DNA of 64,000 nt, taken from positions 32,001 to 96,000 of the IMG/VR virus record IMGVR_UViG_3300032304_002285; one strand, given 5' to 3'. Of the stretch, positions 1-8,699 are shown piece after piece (within the stretch, counting starts at the first letter, position 1; each line of letters opens with the position of its first letter). This DNA is from a virus. Below the pieces are notes generated by a model, which saw only the letters and a list, made by a program, of their open reading frames with translations, made no database searches and had not been told where the DNA came from. The position numbers and the translations under genes are program-made.

Positions 1-1
1 G

Positions 2-172
2 CCTCATCTTCCGAGGAAAAATGACATTAGGTTGATTTTGCAGTTGGTTAATTCGGTGAGTGAGATTGTAGCCGTGGTTGAGGCGGCTAAGAAGGTTGTG
101 GATAAGGTAGATGATTTAGATGCTTTAGCTGAATTAGAGAAAGCACTTTATGATTTGGAGGTGAAACAATGA
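2..172 (+). CDS. hypothetical protein, 5'-truncated
   Basis: Open frame from window edge (...EIVAVVEAAKKVVDK...EVKQ*); TGA overlaps the next ATG (ATGA). Confidence 0.6.
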   Translation, partial: PHLPRKNDIRLILQLVNSVSEIVAVVEAAKKVVDKVDDLDALAELEKALYDLEVKQ

Positions 173-453
173 AGAAGACGTGTAAATGGCCAGAGAAGCC
201 AGGATTCTACGGGTATATTAATTATCGGGAATGGTTTTATGGTCCGTATGATACGGCTAAGGGGTTAGAGGATTGCTTGCTGGAAGAGCAGGAGAAGGAT
301 TATTGGTTTGATTATGATGGATTGACAGTTCGGTATGTTCCAAAAAAACCAGCAGATCTTGCTGAGTTCATGAAGACTCCGAATATTAAATATGGGCATA
401 GGTTTATTCTTGTTTTGGAAGAGGTGGCTTATAATGAAGCTACTGGACGATAA
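169..453 (+). CDS. hypothetical protein
   Basis: ATG with GGAGG RBS; coupled to neighbours. Confidence 0.7.
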   Translation: MKKTCKWPEKPGFYGYINYREWFYGPYDTAKGLEDCLLEEQEKDYWFDYDGLTVRYVPKKPADLAEFMKTPNIKYGHRFILVLEEVAYNEATGR

Positions 454-694
454 GTTTAAGATTAGTAGGACTTATGTTTTCCCTTGTTTTTGTGAAAAGG
501 GATTGTGTGAGCTTGCCAGAATGAATGATAAAATGTGGTATATGGAGTGTGATCATTGTCATGTGTTTTCTAATTATGGCAGACCAAAGAAGAAGGAAGC
601 CATAGTTTCGTGGTATAATATGGGTTACAATTCCAAGAGGAAGTTGATTGATTTCATAATTGTATTGGAAGAGGAGATGATTCTTTTGTATTAA
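434..694 (+). CDS. small CxC/CxxC zinc-ribbon protein (possibly Lar-like)
   Basis: PCFC...CDHC; start moved to ATG 434 after GAGGTGG. Confidence 0.55.
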   Translation: MKLLDDKFKISRTYVFPCFCEKGLCELARMNDKMWYMECDHCHVFSNYGRPKKKEAIVSWYNMGYNSKRKLIDFIIVLEEEMILLY

Positions 695-741
695 ATTTGA
701 ATAAAAGGTCTTATCATAAATGAAATTTGGAGATTTTTGTT

Positions 742-1461
742 ATGAAAAAGACCTTTCAGGAAGTTACGGATTATTTAGGCAAGGCGAAGTTCTTTGAAAT
801 CTCAAGGAAGAGCGAGAAGCTTTACATTGAGATTGTCCGATTGGAGTATAGGAATCGGGAAACAGATAGCGATCAATTAAAGAGATTGAAGAAAGAGCAT
901 GGGGAATTAGAAGAGAAGATTGAGAGATTAGAGAAGGGATTGAGGTTTGCAACGGGATGGGAGATGGATGAATGGCAGAAGGAAAGGGATAGCAACTTCA
1001 AGAGGACTCTCTTTGATATTAGTCTGAAGAGAGTAGCTAAGTCTTTATTGAGGGTTGCTAGGAGGTTGTTGTCTAGTAGCTATGGCCATAGTCTTTGGAT
1101 TGATCCTAAGGGTAAGGTTATAGATATGGGTAATGATTGGATGCATTACTCTTGGATTACTAGGAATTTTCATACTCTGTTTCCTGGTGAAGAGTTCTCT
1201 AAGGAGAAGGTGTTTGATCTTCCTTTTGAAAATGGTTGGATTCATTTTAGGAATCATCCTGGGGACGTTTCGATGACAGGGAAGAGAGAGGCGATCAGAA
1301 GGAATAAGGATTTGATTGGTAAGATTATCATGGATAATTTTGAGGATAGGGGTAAGTATTTAGGGAAGTTTTTCGTTGTAGTTTATTTCAGTAAGACTCA
1401 GCGTGAGATTTATGAGTTGCCCAAGGATTTTGATGAATTAAGGTCTATAGTTGCGGTTTAA
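742..1461 (+). CDS. coiled coil + internal helical motif + 'W(I/V)xPxG' domain
   Basis: KRVAKSLLRVARRLLS precedes HSLWIDPKGKV...FENGWIHF, resembling the YGAW domain family. Confidence 0.7.
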   Translation: MKKTFQEVTDYLGKAKFFEISRKSEKLYIEIVRLEYRNRETDSDQLKRLKKEHGELEEKIERLEKGLRFATGWEMDEWQKERDSNFKRTLFDISLKRVAKSLLRVARRLLSSSYGHSLWIDPKGKVIDMGNDWMHYSWITRNFHTLFPGEEFSKEKVFDLPFENGWIHFRNHPGDVSMTGKREAIRRNKDLIGKIIMDNFEDRGKYLGKFFVVVYFSKTQREIYELPKDFDELRSIVAV

Positions 1462-1491
1462 GAGGATTTGGGGGTTCCGATCTTCAGAGAG

Positions 1492-1533
1492 AAGCCAGGG
1501 GTTTGTAAAGACTTCATGGCTTTTTTGTTTTTT
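1492..1533 (+). terminator. intrinsic terminator
   Basis: AAGCCA..TGGCTT stem then T tract. Confidence 0.55.
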
Positions 1534-1592
1534 GATATTTGGCTCTAATTGAAAGAGTCTGAGTATATGTATTTAAACATAAGGGGGTTATC

Positions 1593-1856
1593 ATGGACAA
1601 GGCAAAAGTATCTAAAGAGTTGGTTAAATTAGCCAAGGATTTATTAAGTGGCACTGAGACGAAGAGGACTGCTGGCTATGATTCCGATGACGGGATTGGT
1701 ATGTATTTGAATGCGATAGAGGAATTGGAGAGAGACATAGTGAAGGCTAGGCATGAGTTAGAGCGTGGGAAGCTGGGTCTTTGGGCGCAGAATTTAGCTG
1801 CTAAGTTGGATGGTGGTTCTTATACCAGGGATTTTTATAGACAGCTTTATGGATAA
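1593..1856 (+). CDS. helical-motif-tagged small protein
   Basis: N-term VSKELVKLAKDLLS. Confidence 0.75.
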   Translation: MDKAKVSKELVKLAKDLLSGTETKRTAGYDSDDGIGMYLNAIEELERDIVKARHELERGKLGLWAQNLAAKLDGGSYTRDFYRQLYG

Positions 1857-1940
1857 AGCTGATTGTAGTTGATTAGAGGAGTGACAAGCGATGTAGGAGA
1901 CTCCTTGGAATGAGGGTCAGTAAGGCTTAAGTTTTTTGGG

Positions 1941-1983
1941 AAAGCCAGATGGTTTTAAAAGACTATCTGGCTTTTTGTTTTTT
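1941..1983 (+). terminator. intrinsic terminator
   Basis: AAAGCCAGAT/ATCTGGCTTT stem plus T tract. Confidence 0.7.
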
Positions 1984-2026
1984 GATATTTGGTCCTAATT
2001 GAAAGAGGTTTGGGGGAATAATATTC

Positions 2027-2434
2027 ATGAAAGAAGCGGGTGATTTATTAAGGATAGCGAAGGAATTACTTACTGAGGCTATTAGATGGCGTGATTATGG
2101 TGCTTGGGTATTGCCGAAGGGGAAGATTCTTCCGGTTCAGTCTGAGTATAGCCATAGTGATGTGGCGAAGTCATTTTTTTTAGAAGAGGATGGGTCTTTT
2201 AACAATTCTCCTTATTTAGAGGCTAGCATTCGTGGTTGGGTTAGGGTTGCTTATCGTCCTGATTTGAACATTCATCTTCCGACTCATATAACTTCGGCAC
2301 AGCGTTCTATTTTAGAAGATATGATAAGTGAATATCACAAAGAGTCTTTTGTGATAGATAAGGATGTAAAGTCTTTATCATTTGACGATAGGGAGAGGGC
2401 TATTCGTTTTATGAGGAGTGCTAGTCATGGGTAA
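2027..2434 (+). CDS. helical-motif-tagged single YGAW-domain protein
   Basis: AGDLLRIAKELLT then YGAWVLPKG..H...GWVRV, homologous to the repeats in 44017-45567. Confidence 0.8.
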   Translation: MKEAGDLLRIAKELLTEAIRWRDYGAWVLPKGKILPVQSEYSHSDVAKSFFLEEDGSFNNSPYLEASIRGWVRVAYRPDLNIHLPTHITSAQRSILEDMISEYHKESFVIDKDVKSLSFDDRERAIRFMRSASHG

Positions 2435-2771
2435 GAAACCGATACCAGCAAAGAATAAGGGTGGAGATTGCTTTGAAGCTGCTGGCAATTTTATTGTTAA
2501 CAATCGTCATGAAAAAGATGATTTAATTTTAGTACATGGGTTAGTAACGGGTCAGGGTGCTATTGCGGGGATTAAGTTTGCTCATGCTTGGATTGAGGAT
2601 GGGGATTTGGTGATAGACAAGTCAAATGGTAGGGATATTAAGATTCCGAAGATGCTTTATTACGCATTAGGGAATGTTAAGAAGACTTTCAGGTATACAG
2701 CGGAAGAGGCTGTAGAGAAGATGTTGGATGTTGGTCATTATGGACCTTGGGATTTGAAATCGGAGTATTAA
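2427..2771 (+). CDS. papain/transglutaminase-like protein (Cys-His-Asp)
   Basis: GDCFEAA...AHAWIEDGDLVID. Confidence 0.55.
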   Translation: MGKKPIPAKNKGGDCFEAAGNFIVNNRHEKDDLILVHGLVTGQGAIAGIKFAHAWIEDGDLVIDKSNGRDIKIPKMLYYALGNVKKTFRYTAEEAVEKMLDVGHYGPWDLKSEY

Positions 2772-2772
2772 C

Positions 2773-3936
2773 ATGAAACAGATAGCTCAAGAGTTGATTC
2801 GGTTGGCGAAGGAATTGGTAGGTGAGTCTTATCCTTTTGGTGCTACTGAGAAGACTAAGGCAATTATAGATGATTGTCGTTTGTGTTTAGAGGCAAAGCA
2901 GATTTACAATGCAAAGTTCAATGATTATAAGCATTCATTGACTGGGAATTTGGAATCATATGGTGGTTATCTGAATAAGACAGGCAATATGAGTAGAGCC
3001 GTATTCCTTTACGGATATAAATATGAATTTTTAGTTAATAGTTTTACTGAATTACCTAAAGGGATTCGGAATTTAGAGAAGGTATTGAGCAAGAAAGCGT
3101 TTCCAGAAGAGATATTAGAGAATGCTCATGAGAGTGATATAGAGGCAATCAAGGCAGCATGGCCAAAGGCATTAGAAGATCAGTTGAGCATATTGAAGTC
3201 ATGGCTTCCGGTTAAGCAGTTGTTGGATGAATTGAAACCTTTGATTGTAAAGGGTAGGGCTCCTGCTGCTCCTGACCCAAATAAATTTGTAGCTCCTCGT
3301 TCTAGTACGTCTGTAATTTCCTTTGTTACTGATGAATTAAAGAAGTTGGTTGATCCTTTGGTTAGTGGTTTAGAGAAAAGTCTCATTGAGGATTCGATAA
3401 AGGTAGTTGAGGAGGTTGATCAGAAGATTGTGAAGTATTTAGAAGATCATCCAGAGAAGGGCGGTAGAGCAGATATAGCGGCTAGAGCGGTTATTGGAGA
3501 GGATGGTCAATTAAGGCAATTGTGTTACAAGACTATAGGTGGAATTGGTGGAGGAAGTTCTTATAAGGGCTTGAATAAAGACTATAAGGAAGAGATTGGG
3601 AAGATAGTGAGGACAGAGATTAAAGACATGGTAGAAGCATTCATTGCTAAGAATTCGGGGAAGATTTCTCCAATTATTTCATTAAAGGGGAAATTGAAGG
3701 GTGCTAAGATCTTGAAGGGACATCTTGCAGGCTTTGGATTCTGGGGAGAGATCCTTTTTGATTTTACTGATGGTACGGAATTCACGGTTAGAAACAAGAT
3801 GGTTCGGAAATGGAACTACAGTGGAGTTTTCTATCAGTTCCCAACAACCTTTCATGATGTAAAATTCCCAGATGGTAAGGTTAGAGCCATGCTTTCTGAG
3901 CAAGAAATGAATCAGGATTGGGCTTCATTAAAATAA
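2773..3936 (+). CDS. helical-motif-tagged multidomain protein, unknown function
   Basis: N-term IAQELIRLAKELVG; 387 aa. Confidence 0.75.
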   Translation: MKQIAQELIRLAKELVGESYPFGATEKTKAIIDDCRLCLEAKQIYNAKFNDYKHSLTGNLESYGGYLNKTGNMSRAVFLYGYKYEFLVNSFTELPKGIRNLEKVLSKKAFPEEILENAHESDIEAIKAAWPKALEDQLSILKSWLPVKQLLDELKPLIVKGRAPAAPDPNKFVAPRSSTSVISFVTDELKKLVDPLVSGLEKSLIEDSIKVVEEVDQKIVKYLEDHPEKGGRADIAARAVIGEDGQLRQLCYKTIGGIGGGSSYKGLNKDYKEEIGKIVRTEIKDMVEAFIAKNSGKISPIISLKGKLKGAKILKGHLAGFGFWGEILFDFTDGTEFTVRNKMVRKWNYSGVFYQFPTTFHDVKFPDGKVRAMLSEQEMNQDWASLK

Positions 3937-4047
3937 ATCTGGGAGAAATTATTAGTTATGCAAACTTTAATTTTTGATTCTATTGGAAAGGGAGGAACAA
4001 AAATCCCTGGAAGTTTACATCGTAAGTTGGTTTCAACGGAGGGTGTC

Positions 4048-4728
4048 ATGAATAGGTCTACCATAGCTAAAGAACTCTTGAAGATTGCTAGCTCTCTAAT
4101 TGCAGAGATAGAGTTGCCAGAAGATCCCTGGAAATACTTCAAGAAGGTTCCTGATGCAATAATGATTGAGGTAAAGGATTTGGAAACGATTAGGGCAAGA
4201 CCTACGGGAATAGAGCATGCAGAAAAGCATATGGAAAATGCTTATAAGGGAATAGGTGAGAAAAGAAAGCCTATCTCTGTTGTACGCAAGGGAAATAAAT
4301 GGATGGTCTTTGATGGCAATTCAACAACAGCAATCGCTAAGAAACATGGATGGAAACAAATTCCAGTCTTAGAAGTAGATGAACAGGGGAATTATGTAAA
4401 AGATGGAGGGAAAAGGGTTGCCTCCAAGTTAGAGATAGTAAAAGAAGAAGTGGATGAGAGAAATACAAAGGTATTACAGTCTGCCAAAAAACTTAAGGCA
4501 AGATCTCAGGGACATATCGTTGATTCAATACAGGCGGCTGGATATTATGCCAAAAAGCATAATCGTGATTATTATGTGTATTATGGAAATTCTTATGGAC
4601 ATGCTATTTGGAATATAGGATTGAAGAGTGATGCCTTGAGTCCGGTTAATAATACCTCTGATAATTTCGTCTATAAAGTCAGTCCTGATTTAGTAATCAC
4701 AAAGATTACTACAAAAAGAGGGTATTAA
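4048..4728 (+). CDS. helical-motif-tagged ParB/sulfiredoxin-like domain protein
   Basis: ATG 4048 after GGAGG; IAKELLKIASSLIA; KPISVVRKGNKWMVFDGNST resembles the ParB/Srx core; second domain after KRVAS. Confidence 0.6.
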   Translation: MNRSTIAKELLKIASSLIAEIELPEDPWKYFKKVPDAIMIEVKDLETIRARPTGIEHAEKHMENAYKGIGEKRKPISVVRKGNKWMVFDGNSTTAIAKKHGWKQIPVLEVDEQGNYVKDGGKRVASKLEIVKEEVDERNTKVLQSAKKLKARSQGHIVDSIQAAGYYAKKHNRDYYVYYGNSYGHAIWNIGLKSDALSPVNNTSDNFVYKVSPDLVITKITTKRGY

Positions 4729-4733
4729 ATCCC

Positions 4734-5318
4734 ATGAAAAAATTAAAAGCATGGTTTGTTCAAGCAATTGTCAGGGTTTTTGGAAATATTCAGATATTTT
4801 GGCAACCCATGTTTTTGATCCTTTGGGGGGAAACTCATTACAATCTCAAAGGACCTGAAATGCGTCAAGTCATGAACAAATTAGAAGTTGGGGATATTCT
4901 ACTGAGAAAGCATGATAGATATATTTCATCATGGTTTATTCCTGGCTTTTATAAGCATGCTGCAATCTTTGTTGGAAAGAATAAAATCATTCATGCAACG
5001 ACTCATGATATCTTTGAAGAAGATATTCTTACATTCCTTCGCTGTGACTCTGTTGCTATTCTCAGAATCAAAAACTTGACTGAAGAAGAAAAAAACAAAG
5101 CTATTGATCTGGCTAGGGATATGATTGGTAAAGGATATGATTTCGATTTTGGGAAATCAAAGGACGGTAAATATTATTGCACAAGTTTAGTAAGATGGTG
5201 TTACCCTAATCGCTTTAAAAGTCTGAAGGATGAAGAAACAATCAAACCTCAAGACTTCTTCTATCAAGGATTGGATGTAATTCATGATAGTAGAATCTAT
5301 AGAGAAGATCATACCTGA
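4734..5318 (+). CDS. permuted papain-like amidase (YiiX/YaeF, C92-like)
   Basis: GDILL...HAAIFVG...GYDFDF...YYCTSLV, permuted His...Cys order. Confidence 0.8.
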   Translation: MKKLKAWFVQAIVRVFGNIQIFWQPMFLILWGETHYNLKGPEMRQVMNKLEVGDILLRKHDRYISSWFIPGFYKHAAIFVGKNKIIHATTHDIFEEDILTFLRCDSVAILRIKNLTEEEKNKAIDLARDMIGKGYDFDFGKSKDGKYYCTSLVRWCYPNRFKSLKDEETIKPQDFFYQGLDVIHDSRIYREDHT

Positions 5319-5374
5319 TACGGTATAGATCATAGACTATCACAAGTTAACTATACCCGATAAGGTTTAACAAA

Positions 5375-6202
5375 ATGAAGACTAATGCTGTTGAATTACT
5401 AAGGATAGCAAGAGAACTAATCTCTTCAGATAAATCTGCTGAATTAAAACAAAAATTGGAAACGATTGTCTATGGGGATTATAAAATCGGACAATTGACA
5501 GCAACTCTTCAGTGGATCAAGTCTAATTTCAATTATGACGTGTCTAGGGGCAAGCAAGGCTTCAAACCCGTAAGAGACGCCTTTACCCGCTTCTTTGACA
5601 TCCTGAAGGACGCAGAAGGCTCTAAGGACTCTAAAAGCTTTGTTACTTCAGTCTATGAGTCAAGAATAAAAGATAAGGTAGATGAGTTTGCTGAATTGTT
5701 TGCAACTACTGACAATAGTACGATCAAAATTGGAAATTATGAATTTGTAAATGGAGTTGGCTTCTCTCAAGATAATTTCCTGAAACAAGCAACAAATATT
5801 GCCAGAGTCTTTGATGAGGTAAAGGGATGGAGAAGAAAAGCCTTTGATGGTGGGTTGAAGGTTATCTTCTCAGGAGCACATAATTTCAATGGAACAGCTA
5901 GTGGTAAATATAGTGTAAAAGATGATACGCTTTATATCAGAGCTACATCTAATGTCCTGAAAAGAGGAAAGGGTTATGGTAGCCCCGAATACGTCCTTAT
6001 TCATGAATTAGGACATAGATACGAATACAAGAACCCAAAAGCTGATCAATTCAATAAATTCGGATGGCAAACAACTTCTTATAGTTTCAGTGAAGATGAA
6101 GCCTTCGCTGAATTGTTCGCCCTTGGACACTTCAATATAATTTCCTTGAGAGACAAAAACTTCTCAGAGAAATTAGAAGCCTTTGAAAAGGAGATGAACT
6201 AA
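5375..6202 (+). CDS. helical-motif-tagged zincin metallopeptidase
   Basis: AVELLRIARELIS; LIHELGHRYE (HExxH) with downstream EAFAELF. Confidence 0.7.
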   Translation: MKTNAVELLRIARELISSDKSAELKQKLETIVYGDYKIGQLTATLQWIKSNFNYDVSRGKQGFKPVRDAFTRFFDILKDAEGSKDSKSFVTSVYESRIKDKVDEFAELFATTDNSTIKIGNYEFVNGVGFSQDNFLKQATNIARVFDEVKGWRRKAFDGGLKVIFSGAHNFNGTASGKYSVKDDTLYIRATSNVLKRGKGYGSPEYVLIHELGHRYEYKNPKADQFNKFGWQTTSYSFSEDEAFAELFALGHFNIISLRDKNFSEKLEAFEKEMN

Positions 6203-7584
6203 TGAAAATTACAGCAGCTAATCCTATTCCTCTTGATAAAGCTAAAATCAAAACACTTAATGAGAAAATTGTATCTTCATTGTTTGAAGTCTTACAAACA
6301 CTTCCAGTCGATAAGCCAATCAGAACCCAATTCCTGGTGAGGGAAACCTTTAAGCTCAATAATTTAAAAAATGAACCAATGAATATTGAAATAGCAATCG
6401 TAGGAAAAATTGGCAACAATTCTAAATTTGAAAAGATTCTAGGTGGAACTTGTGCAATATTGAGGACAGTGGATAGAAAATTATATGGAGCAGATATCGA
6501 AGTGTTCCTTAATGGAAACCTCTTCCCTACTGATTTCTCTAAGAGTATCACTACGGATGTCTATAACACACTCATCCATGAAATTACCCATGCAATTGAT
6601 CCAGCTAAAGATCAAAGAATCCCAGAAAATCTCAACGATTACTACAATACTCCAGTGGAAATTAATGCCTATATCCAAAATATCTTGGAAGAATTAGAAA
6701 CAAAAGTCGAAGCAATCGTTGATAAAAATACCAGTTATTCTAATCAAATCCCAAAAACAGATAAAAGAGAAGTTCTCAAGGATTTACTCATGGATTCTAA
6801 ATTCTGGAATAAAGGGAAGAATTATTGGAATCAACAAGCTAAACAAAAAATCTTCCAGGCGGTTTATAAACTCATTGATCAGTATACAGATACCAGTACA
6901 TCTAATAAAACAGCAGCATTAAAGCTGGAACATAGATATCATGGATATCACGATCAACAATCTGATGAATCTATCATTGCCTTCATTGATGGAGAAATGG
7001 CAGGGTTCTTGGATTACTCAGAATTTCAAAAACAACCAGCGGTAAAAATGATCGAAGTAAAAAAAGAATTTCAAAGAAAAGGAATTGCTACAGAATTACT
7101 CAAAGAACTTGATAAACTCTACCCAAATACAGAAATAGATTATGGATATTCAACAACAGAGGGATCAGAGCTTATTAAGAGCTATATAAAGAGATTCCCG
7201 AAAAAATTAGATTTTGAAAAAGGATTCTCAAATAAGGATTTCGTTATGAGCTTCTTACCCGGAGGCAAAAACGGGAAAAACATAGATTGGTGGGAAATGT
7301 GCTCCATATTCTCTAATACCTCTATGGATATTGACAATTATGATCTAACATACCCACCATCATTCAAGCAATTTACCAAAGATCTTAATAAAATTACAAC
7401 AGAAGAATGGAAAAAAGCAGCTAAAGAACTTAGGGAAAGGGTGGGTATTACAGTAAACTCTGAAATGAAGGCTTCATCAAATAAGGAGGTAAGAGGTAAA
7501 CAACACGTCTCTTCCTCTCCTGATGCTATCTTCACTGGCACAGCTAAAGAACTAATCTATATTGCTAAATCATTAATCTCCTAA
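6202..7584 (+). CDS. zincin + GNAT acetyltransferase multidomain protein with C-terminal helical motif
   Basis: LIHEITHAID...EINAY; EVKKEFQRKGIATELL (GNAT motif A); ends TAKELIYIAKSLIS. Confidence 0.7.
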   Translation: MKITAANPIPLDKAKIKTLNEKIVSSLFEVLQTLPVDKPIRTQFLVRETFKLNNLKNEPMNIEIAIVGKIGNNSKFEKILGGTCAILRTVDRKLYGADIEVFLNGNLFPTDFSKSITTDVYNTLIHEITHAIDPAKDQRIPENLNDYYNTPVEINAYIQNILEELETKVEAIVDKNTSYSNQIPKTDKREVLKDLLMDSKFWNKGKNYWNQQAKQKIFQAVYKLIDQYTDTSTSNKTAALKLEHRYHGYHDQQSDESIIAFIDGEMAGFLDYSEFQKQPAVKMIEVKKEFQRKGIATELLKELDKLYPNTEIDYGYSTTEGSELIKSYIKRFPKKLDFEKGFSNKDFVMSFLPGGKNGKNIDWWEMCSIFSNTSMDIDNYDLTYPPSFKQFTKDLNKITTEEWKKAAKELRERVGITVNSEMKASSNKEVRGKQHVSSSPDAIFTGTAKELIYIAKSLIS

Positions 7585-7614
7585 ATCCTCACAAAAAAAA
7601 AGAAAGAAAACCAA

Positions 7615-7869
7615 ATGACAGAAAATCTCGCTATCCTCTTGGTCGAAGAAAACCCAGGACAATTCGCTATCCAATTGTATTCTAGTCCGGATAAAGCTCT
7701 CGAACTCTTTAATCAATTGAAGGGAAAACCAGCAGATAAAAAAACTAAGGCTACTATCATTACCCTGGATTGGATCAAAAATATAGTAGAAGCTTACTCG
7801 AAAGAACTACCAGAGTTGAAACCTAATCCCGATAGTTCATGGAAATTAGGGACAGCTAAAATACAATAA
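7615..7869 (+). CDS. hypothetical protein
   Basis: 84-aa ORF before the non-coding gap. Confidence 0.6.
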   Translation: MTENLAILLVEENPGQFAIQLYSSPDKALELFNQLKGKPADKKTKATIITLDWIKNIVEAYSKELPELKPNPDSSWKLGTAKIQ

Positions 7870-8210
7870 CGTTAAATGAACCTAATTTAAAAACGTTTCA
7901 AATCTAAAACGAAAATCCTCTACTGTAAAAAATAAAAAGTAAAAGCCGGGAAAGGGATAGGAGAAGAGGGAATACAGGAGAGAGGGGAGAGGAAGAGAAG
8001 GTGTATAGTAGAGGAGAGGATAGTACGGGGAGAGGGGATAGACAGATAGGGTAAGGTAAGCTAGGTAAGGTATAGAGAGTATAACACTGATGACTACGGT
8101 AGAGAGTAAGGGATAGGGTAAGGTAAGTATAGAGTGAATAGAGTAGAAGCCATATAGTAGATTATTACTACATCTTCAGACTGATTCAGGCATTTTCATT
8201 GAAATAGGCT

Positions 8211-8330
8211 GATTTCATCAAATTTCATCAAATTTCATCAAATTTCAGGCAATTTCAGGCAATTTCAGGCAATTTCAGGCAATTTCAGGCAATTTCAGGC
8301 AATTTCAGGCAATTTCAGGCAATTTCATTT
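8211..8330. repeat. 10-bp tandem array, 12 units
   Basis: GATTTCATCA, (AATTTCATCA)x2, (AATTTCAGGC)x8, AATTTCATTT. Confidence 0.95.
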
Positions 8331-8506
8331 GACGCTTCTCGCAGATTTTTTCTGACGATTGGATTTTTGGAATTTTGATTTGACAAATTTATGGACAGTG
8401 TTTGGAAAGAAGTCAAATAGAAGTTGGAAAGAATGAGGGAAAGTCCCAGGTATAGAAGCAGGGTAGTGGAAAGACTTGTTGGAACTCTAGTGGAATTTAC
8501 TACCTG

Positions 8507-8602
8507 GAATTAAAAATATTTTCTTTGACGATTACTCAAGGGAACAGCGGTGGAAATTGAATTAAGGGAATTAAAAATATTTTCTTTGACGATTGCTCAG
8601 GG
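8507..8602. repeat. ~35-bp direct repeat, two copies
   Basis: GAATTAAAAATATTTTCTTTGACGATT(A/G)CTCA(A/G)GG at ~8507 and ~8568. Confidence 0.85.
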
Positions 8603-8628
8603 TAGATGGAAAATATTTTTGGGGAACA

Positions 8629-8657
8629 TTGGATTTTGTGGGGTGTCCTGGTAATAG
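8629..8657 (+). promoter_or_regulatory. repeated phage promoter motif
   Basis: TTGGAT-N17-TAATAG upstream of the VWA gene. Confidence 0.65.
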
Positions 8658-8699
8658 ATAGATGAAAGAAGATGAGATTGTCGAGATTGAAGGGAGAGA

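Noticed and set aside
8211-8330. 10-bp array as a CRISPR locus
   Set aside because: Units are contiguous with no unique spacers and are far too short; no cas genes in the window.
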